Shown in pieces: positions 59,501-64,000 of a stretch of DNA of 64,000 bases. The stretch's first letter is position 1. Each line of letters opens with the position of its first letter. A program made the position numbers and the translations under genes. This DNA comes from Bdellovibrionales bacterium. GTDB taxonomy: Bacteria; Bdellovibrionota; Bdellovibrionia; Bdellovibrionales; JAUICD01. The notes under the pieces were generated by a model. The model had not been told where the DNA came from and searched no databases. It worked only from the letters and a program-made list of their open reading frames with translations. The stretch spans positions 2,752,001 through 2,816,000 of the forward strand of contig OZ253553.1 of assembly GCA_965262715.1 (NCBI GenBank), written 5' to 3'.

Positions 59501-59571
59501 TAAAAGGTTGTAAAGATTCTCCTGAATGGGACTTTAGAAAAAGAGGGAAAGAAAAAAAGAAAGTAGCTTAA
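56539..59571 (+). CDS. zorD: Zorya ZorD-like SNF2 helicase with C-terminal HNH nuclease
   Basis: LADDMGLGKT, DEIQ, LTGTPIEN, WWNPAVEDQC.DR..RIGQ; C-terminal CLRC..DVDH..NLQILCRECN..KG. Confidence 0.88.
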   Translation: MAFKIENGFIYFQFQKEELTKDIECILSIAQAGKSRKENIITAKIKNEQIADLNIHQIKKLGLPPVYPYRLKISTRGRPTTPAFSYEIKFLGERSRSFFHYKRNGVFLELDGQSFTLTNPHFKFVENLEKMSSNIKNPGERLKLWSQVIKDVPKEIALDNVKLLDFQFVKSDRFCLDKTSDYDFKIVPQLIYKKEKDEDEENQISQQLPQGISREFQENFLNTESVDPYYKVGNYYMQLSEPLKECLKVIKKINKQPLEKRWAFYQSPMEKIKKEIPESLSEDLLDEVFFETEEFKSGRISHFGIWIPKIGIYIDPDDKNPWFPKDDFGIEIEDSFFHFNPNQLGTVIEQLEQKKQNGEDTLIYENQAIPVNDQVISKIKEVKDKITQEIEKIKSQQGKSTNKSKREVAIIKDNIKELVYEDCKEKRPYLKKHACIPSVLETKFIKYPHQKQGLFWLQESFIQGLPGSLLADDMGLGKTFQTLAFLYWYKENVRSKKPILVVAPTGLLKNWQDEHDMHLHKDRGLGRKYKAYGESFRKDRKNTDRAVINEIQRSDWVLATYESIRDHHKDYFIKISWGIIVFDEIQKIKSPYSLATDTSKALDSEFSIGLTGTPIENSLTDLWCISDCLHPKILGILEDFHKKYIKNKHSINDIQDRLSKNPAFMLRRLKRDILKDLPERKIIKEKVNMTSKQQEMYEEVMRDVKCKKYSTSLKAIVFLKKYSVYTQDSIEDSNEEFINSSAKLKLLFKFLEEIKTKNEKVLICIESKKQQKNIKGICDARYDLQVNIINGDISGERRKQFVDEFGNTKGFNIMIISPRAGGIGLNIVSANHIIHLERWWNPAVEDQCNDRIFRIGQKRPVSIYYLLAVHPHYGENSFDIVLHNLLDKKRKMREQTLIPSEPNKYEQNEFCRMITHEEPYYNNEGSFYNSEEWKALRQEAFREYGSQCLRCGNKNNLDVDHVKPRSKYPGLELDLNNLQILCRECNYLKGCKDSPEWDFRKRGKEKKKVA

Positions 59572-59609
59572 CCTTACTTATTTTTTATAGAAATCTTTAT
59601 TTAAACAAG

Positions 59610-60500
59610 TTATTTTTTTGTTGATTTTTCCTTACTACATTCAAAATATTCTTCTATAGATTTTTTCAAATTCTTTTCTATAGCTAATTGATCTGTTCTA
59701 TTGAGTTTTGGTATATCAAGAGATATATCTGCCCTATATCCAGGAGCATACTGTTGTCTTAAACAGTTATGTATTCTAATAAATTTGATTATTGCTATTT
59801 TTTCAGGAATTGAAATTCGTTTATCTAAAAGGTTTCTTAAAAAAGTGTTTAATTTAACAGAAGAATAGTGATATCTATTTCTGTCAATGTTAAAATGAGA
59901 TGAGGTCTTCATAAAACCAACATCTATATAAGTATTATTAGCTCCTTGAATAAATTCACTTCTCCATGGGTGATCTTTGATGTACTCAAAATAAAGATCA
60001 TAAAGCTTTTTTACTTCATCTTTTTTAATATGACAACGAGCTGATTCTAATACTCCTATAAAAAAACTAGGATGAACTTTTATATCTGCTTTTTTGTAGT
60101 CATAGAAAAAGCTGAAAAAACATGAATGAGGCCATTCGCCATTTCCTCTTGGCATATTATCGGTATAAATTGGGGTGTAAGAATGTGAAAATTTTCTTTC
60201 ATCTTTAAAAGAGATAGATTTTTTTATAATTTGAATTATATCCTCTTTTGTGAACTTCTTTTTAAGAAGATTTCCATCTGAGAAATAACCTATAACAAAA
60301 AAAGGATGAAGTCCCTTTTTTATATTTGTTTTTTTTATAATCGAATTAAAGTCAAATTTTTCCATTGAGTCAGGATTTGGAACTTCAGTTGTGTAATCTT
60401 CTAAAAATCGGTTTATTCCATCAAAATCTTTTATAGGACGCTCTGCATGAGATGTAGAATAAGAAAATATCAAATATATTACAAGTAGAATTTTATACAT
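59610..60500 (-). CDS. Secreted hypothetical protein
   Basis: Signal-like MYKILLVIYLIFSYSTSHA; 296-aa ORF. Confidence 0.7.
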   Translation of the reverse strand: MYKILLVIYLIFSYSTSHAERPIKDFDGINRFLEDYTTEVPNPDSMEKFDFNSIIKKTNIKKGLHPFFVIGYFSDGNLLKKKFTKEDIIQIIKKSISFKDERKFSHSYTPIYTDNMPRGNGEWPHSCFFSFFYDYKKADIKVHPSFFIGVLESARCHIKKDEVKKLYDLYFEYIKDHPWRSEFIQGANNTYIDVGFMKTSSHFNIDRNRYHYSSVKLNTFLRNLLDKRISIPEKIAIIKFIRIHNCLRQQYAPGYRADISLDIPKLNRTDQLAIEKNLKKSIEEYFECSKEKSTKK

Positions 60501-60629
60501 AAATTAGCTTATCCATTAGTTATATAAACATCGACATTTCTTTAAGATATCATGAATAAAGTTTCTCTTTTATCATTAAAAAATTTTAAGTTTTAATATT
60601 GAATCATCCACCATTCGTACTGAAAATCT

Positions 60630-60820
60630 TGTTATGAAACAATTTTGTAATTTTATTTAAAGTCAATTTAAGAATTCTATTTGCCGATAAAATAAAAAAT
60701 TGGATCAATATAAAAGAGCACAATAAAAGACATTATTTAAAAATGTCATTCTAACCAAAATAAGAGTTATTTAATGATAGAAAAAGATTTAAAACAATAA
60801 TGAATTAATAAATTAAAGAG
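60630..60820 (+). pseudogene. Decayed copy of the hsdR leader and first codons
   Basis: Aligns by eye with ~19385-19580 (ccgataaaat..gcacaataaa..aaaaatgtca..aataagag..taATGA.AGAAA.AGA.TTA.AACAA). Confidence 0.65.
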
Positions 60821-60896
60821 ATTCACCTGATAATCAGTATATCCAAGAAAGTGTGATAAGGAATTTTTAAAGACCTAAATTTATTAAAGTTTGATT

Positions 60897-61109
60897 ATGG
60901 CTGAATATGATGAGCAAATGAAAAATCGACACACTTATACATCAACTGATTTAGTTAACTTTTTGGGATGTTATCATGCAATCTTTCTTGACCTTAAAAG
61001 TCTAATTGATAAAAAATTATTTAAATATCTGAAAACTTCTAAAAGCAATGACTCTATAAAACAGCTCTCCCAAAAAAAAGCTATCAAATATAAAAATGCC
61101 TGTCTTTAA
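60897..61109 (+). pseudogene. Truncated 5' duplicate of the TM0106-like nuclease gene at 63264
   Basis: YTSTDLVNFLGC.HA.FLD..KYLKTSKSNDSIK shared with 63264 ORF. Confidence 0.85.
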
Positions 61110-61420
61110 AAGCTTATTAAAGTATTTGATACAGTGTCAGAGGCTGATCAGTTTGTTCTTGATGAAAAATACCGACCTGGAGAATTTCTTATTCAGGAAA
61201 TTGATGATACAATCCATTACATTTCAAGATTAGCTTAATATGGGTATTCAACTTGATCTTGCTATTTTCCCTTTTAAATATGAATTTAAAGGACAAATGA
61301 CAGAGCTTAAAATAAAGGGAAGCTTTTTAAATCCAGAAAATAAAGAACAAATAAAAGGAATGTTTTTATGGGATACAAGAGTTACTGTTTCTTGTATAAA
61401 CTCAAAAGTAGTTTTCCTCT
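61110..61420 (+). pseudogene. Remnants of a small-protein / retropepsin-like aspartyl protease gene pair
   Basis: ..FDTVSEADQF..PGEFLIQEI..* followed by ORF 61240 with degenerate FLWDTRVTVSCI (D-T-G-like), cut by an Rpn remnant. Confidence 0.4.
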
Positions 61421-61735
61421 TAAGGCTGAGTTTTCTGCACTAATCCTATCTCTCTTTTATCAAACGCATCTATATATTCTTGTAAAGCCTCATCTTGAGA
61501 TAACTTTCAGAGATGTTTCTCTGTCTTTGACATATTGTCTCCTCAATCCTTAAAGCTCTCATATAAAGTCTATTGTTTAAGATTTATCTTGAAACTTACA
61601 AATTTTTCTTTTAAAAAACCGGTTGTAGATACTTTTTCTACACTCATACCAGCGTTTAGAAATTTCAATACAATTTTCTCTATTCCTTCCTGTCGTCCTC
61701 TCTCAATCTCTCTATCTAAATCCTTCTGCAACACA
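61421..61735 (-). pseudogene. Remnant of tandem Rpn C-terminal units
   Basis: GRQEGIEKIVLKFLNAGMSVEKVS..; then GAGGAG-ACAAT-ATG SKTEKHL*KLSQDEALQEYIDAFDKR..ISAEN. Confidence 0.8.
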
Positions 61736-62033
61736 AGTCTGTTAAAGATTATAAGAGGGTTTCTTATCGATAGATTCCTATTTAGTTTGAGCAATATTAA
61801 ACCTTCATCACTGCCATGAAGTAAGTTCCAAATGACTACATAATAATACATAACAAAATGTTACTTAAAACACTTGACTTTTATTAATATCATATATATT
61901 TTCAAGCACTAGCTTAAACAGGACTTTTTTGATAAACTAAAGAATATAGAGTATTTCAAAAAAGGCCTACAAGTAACCTTGTTTATGCAATAAGTGTTAT
62001 TGGTAAATCGAAATAATTTTAGGTTTTTTTCAA

Positions 62034-62636
62034 ATGACATCAAAAAATAGTAAAAATCGTTTTAAAAATGGGAGATTAAAACAAGGCTTAAAGTTTGTTT
62101 TTAAGCCTTCTCATAAAGAATTTTTTCAAAACACTTCTGCCGAAAGAGAAGAAAATTTAGCTAATTATTATGTAGATAATCCTTATTTTCAAAGTGCTGT
62201 TGATTCGAAATCCAAAAAAGCTTTTTTTGTAGGCAGAACAGGAATTGGAAAAACTGCGATTTTAGAAAGTGTTCGAAGGCGAACATCTTCTCAGCAAAAT
62301 ATTATTTCTATTGATCCAGAAGATTTTGCATTTAAAATTATGGAAGGAAGTGAAGTTTTAAAACAGCTGACTTCTCATCAAATAAATTTAGATTTGTTTT
62401 ATAAAAGTATGTGGAAATATATTTTTGTGACAGAAATACTGAAAGAGATATATGGCAATAGGAAGAAAAACTGGTTTGAACAACAAATGTTGAAATGGAA
62501 TTCAGATTCTAATGCTATGAGAGCATATAAATTTTTACTAGACAATGATGAGTTAGATGCAGGGCTTTCTTTTAATAAAAAAATTGAAAGAATTGTTAAT
62601 AAGTTAGAAAAAACTATTATTGAAGCCAATTATTAA
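62034..62636 (+). CDS. P-loop ATPase N-terminal part (Sll1717-like), probably truncated
   Basis: AEREE..L..YYV, FVGRTGIGKTAI Walker A; no Walker B before the stop. Confidence 0.65.
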   Translation: MTSKNSKNRFKNGRLKQGLKFVFKPSHKEFFQNTSAEREENLANYYVDNPYFQSAVDSKSKKAFFVGRTGIGKTAILESVRRRTSSQQNIISIDPEDFAFKIMEGSEVLKQLTSHQINLDLFYKSMWKYIFVTEILKEIYGNRKKNWFEQQMLKWNSDSNAMRAYKFLLDNDELDAGLSFNKKIERIVNKLEKTIIEANY

Positions 62637-62645
62637 GGATGTTTT

Positions 62646-63056
62646 ATGTCTTCAAAATATTGGATTAATCAAATAAAGATCAAGTTTTTAAGTATTTTTT
62701 CAAGCCGTTGGATACCAAGGGAATGGGGTACGAATAAAAGAGGTAAAGTATTCACACAAGATCAGATCCAACAAGTTTGGGAAAAAGCTCAACTCATTGA
62801 GGCTCATTCTAAAGATAAGTTTAGAAAAGATGTTTGTGGCGCTAAAATACAGCGAACAGATTATAAAAATGAATCATCTCACTATGGCTGGGAAATTGAC
62901 CATATCAAACCTGTTTCTGAAGGAGGTGGAGATCAATTAGAAAACCTTCAACCATTACAATGGAGAAATAATCGTTCTAAAGGTGATGAACATCCAGCAG
63001 ATCCTAAAAAATATTGTCGAGTCACTTCTGATAAGAATAAATTTACTTTAAAATAA
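62646..63056 (+). CDS. HNH endonuclease
   Basis: VWEKA..RKD.CG..GWEIDHIKPVS.GG.D...NLQPLQW.NNRSKGD. Confidence 0.9.
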   Translation: MSSKYWINQIKIKFLSIFSSRWIPREWGTNKRGKVFTQDQIQQVWEKAQLIEAHSKDKFRKDVCGAKIQRTDYKNESSHYGWEIDHIKPVSEGGGDQLENLQPLQWRNNRSKGDEHPADPKKYCRVTSDKNKFTLK

Positions 63057-63061
63057 AGCAA

Positions 63062-63098
63062 GTAAAATTAGTGCTTGAACAAGCAGAAACTTTATCCC
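63062..63098 (+). other. 37-nt scar of the hsdR 3' end
   Basis: gtaaaattagtgcttgaacaagcagaaactttatccc matches 32712-32748. Confidence 0.75.
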
Positions 63099-63263
63099 AT
63101 AAAGAAGTAAAATATAAAAATTTTATCCCATCAAATAACTTAATGATGATTTTTATAATAATTAAAATCTCTATTGGAATTTTAATCTTAAAGTGATACA
63201 ACTCTTAAAAAGTATGCCTAAACTACTAAAAGCACCTACTGTTTGGAGTTAAAAGGTTTGATT

Positions 63264-64000
63264 ATGGTTCAATATGATGAGCAAAGAAAAAATCAATGTG
63301 TCTATACATCAACTGATTTGGTGAATTTTTTAGGGTGTCATCATGCAACCTTTCTCGATATTGAAAGCCTAACTGATAAAAAGCTATCTAAATATCTGAA
63401 AACTTCTAAAAGTAATGACTCCATAAAAGATCTATCGCAAAAAAAAGCTATCAAATATAAAAATGCCTATCTTCAAAAACTTAAAAGTAAAGGTAAAACT
63501 ATTCATCAAATCCCTGTTGATCTTAGCTTGAAAAAACGTCATGACTTAACAGTAAAGGCTATGAAATCAGGTCAAGAAATGATTTATCAAGCTGTCTTAC
63601 TAGAAAAGCCATGGCATGCTACTGTTGACTTTCTTATAAAAACTCAAAATCCGTCATCTCTAGGAGATTATAGCTATGAACCTTATAATATAAAACTAGG
63701 GCATGTAGCAAAACCTGAATATATCCTACAACTATGTACAGCCTCATATCTGCTAAAACAACAACAATCCAACCTGCCTAAATACATGCGATTAACCCTA
63801 GGTGATGGACAATCAGAGAGCTTTAAAACTTCTGATTTTTTTCATTATTATTTGTATAGCAAAAAACGCTTTGAAGATCATGTTCGAAGTTTACCCAGTG
63901 TATCTGAGCCAGAACCATGCAAACATTGTAAGTCCTGTGTGTGGAAGGAACACTGCACGCAACACTGGGAACAAAACAATCACCTCAGTCTTATTGCTAA
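63264..64000 (+). CDS. TM0106-family RecB-like nuclease, N-terminal part (runs off window)
   Basis: Open frame to window end: TDLVNFLGC.H, AM..G...IYQA.L, DFL, S.LG.YSYE, LQLC, PEPCKHCKSC.W..HC..HW..HLSLIA. Confidence 0.85.
   Translation, partial: MVQYDEQRKNQCVYTSTDLVNFLGCHHATFLDIESLTDKKLSKYLKTSKSNDSIKDLSQKKAIKYKNAYLQKLKSKGKTIHQIPVDLSLKKRHDLTVKAMKSGQEMIYQAVLLEKPWHATVDFLIKTQNPSSLGDYSYEPYNIKLGHVAKPEYILQLCTASYLLKQQQSNLPKYMRLTLGDGQSESFKTSDFFHYYLYSKKRFEDHVRSLPSVSEPEPCKHCKSCVWKEHCTQHWEQNNHLSLIA

Overview
AT-rich bacterial defence island with a repeated modular layout. Six copies of a ~140-bp element (sigma-54 -24/-12 promoter on the minus strand plus a palindromic TGTC-N10-GACA site) each lie upstream of a minus-strand Rpn (PD-(D/E)XK 'transposase') gene or gene stub. 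The Rpn genes belong to two families: five YhgA/Transposase_31-type copies, and PDDEXK_2-type copies that are intact (2), disrupted (1) or reduced to stubs (3). Every full-length Rpn copy has an in-frame internal Shine-Dalgarno + ATG before its variable C-terminal domain. At 24.0-27.3 kb that domain is expanded into a tandem array of about 11 variant units, a candidate antitoxin or swappable-tail bank. Different plus-strand cargo sits between the Rpn blocks: a split type I R-M system with HEPN/MNT domains fused to HsdS, NDT/TIR-like effectors, a HamA-HamB (Hachiman) single-ORF fusion, Panacea-like genes, a KAP NTPase, a DUF4209-like HEPN protein, a four-gene Zorya operon whose ZorD ends in an HNH domain, an ATPase/HNH pair and a TM0106-like nuclease. 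One IS256, one complete IS30, one IS30 remnant and many microhomology-deletion remnants are present. No rRNA, tRNA or CRISPR array was seen. All family calls come from motif recognition by eye, not from database searches.
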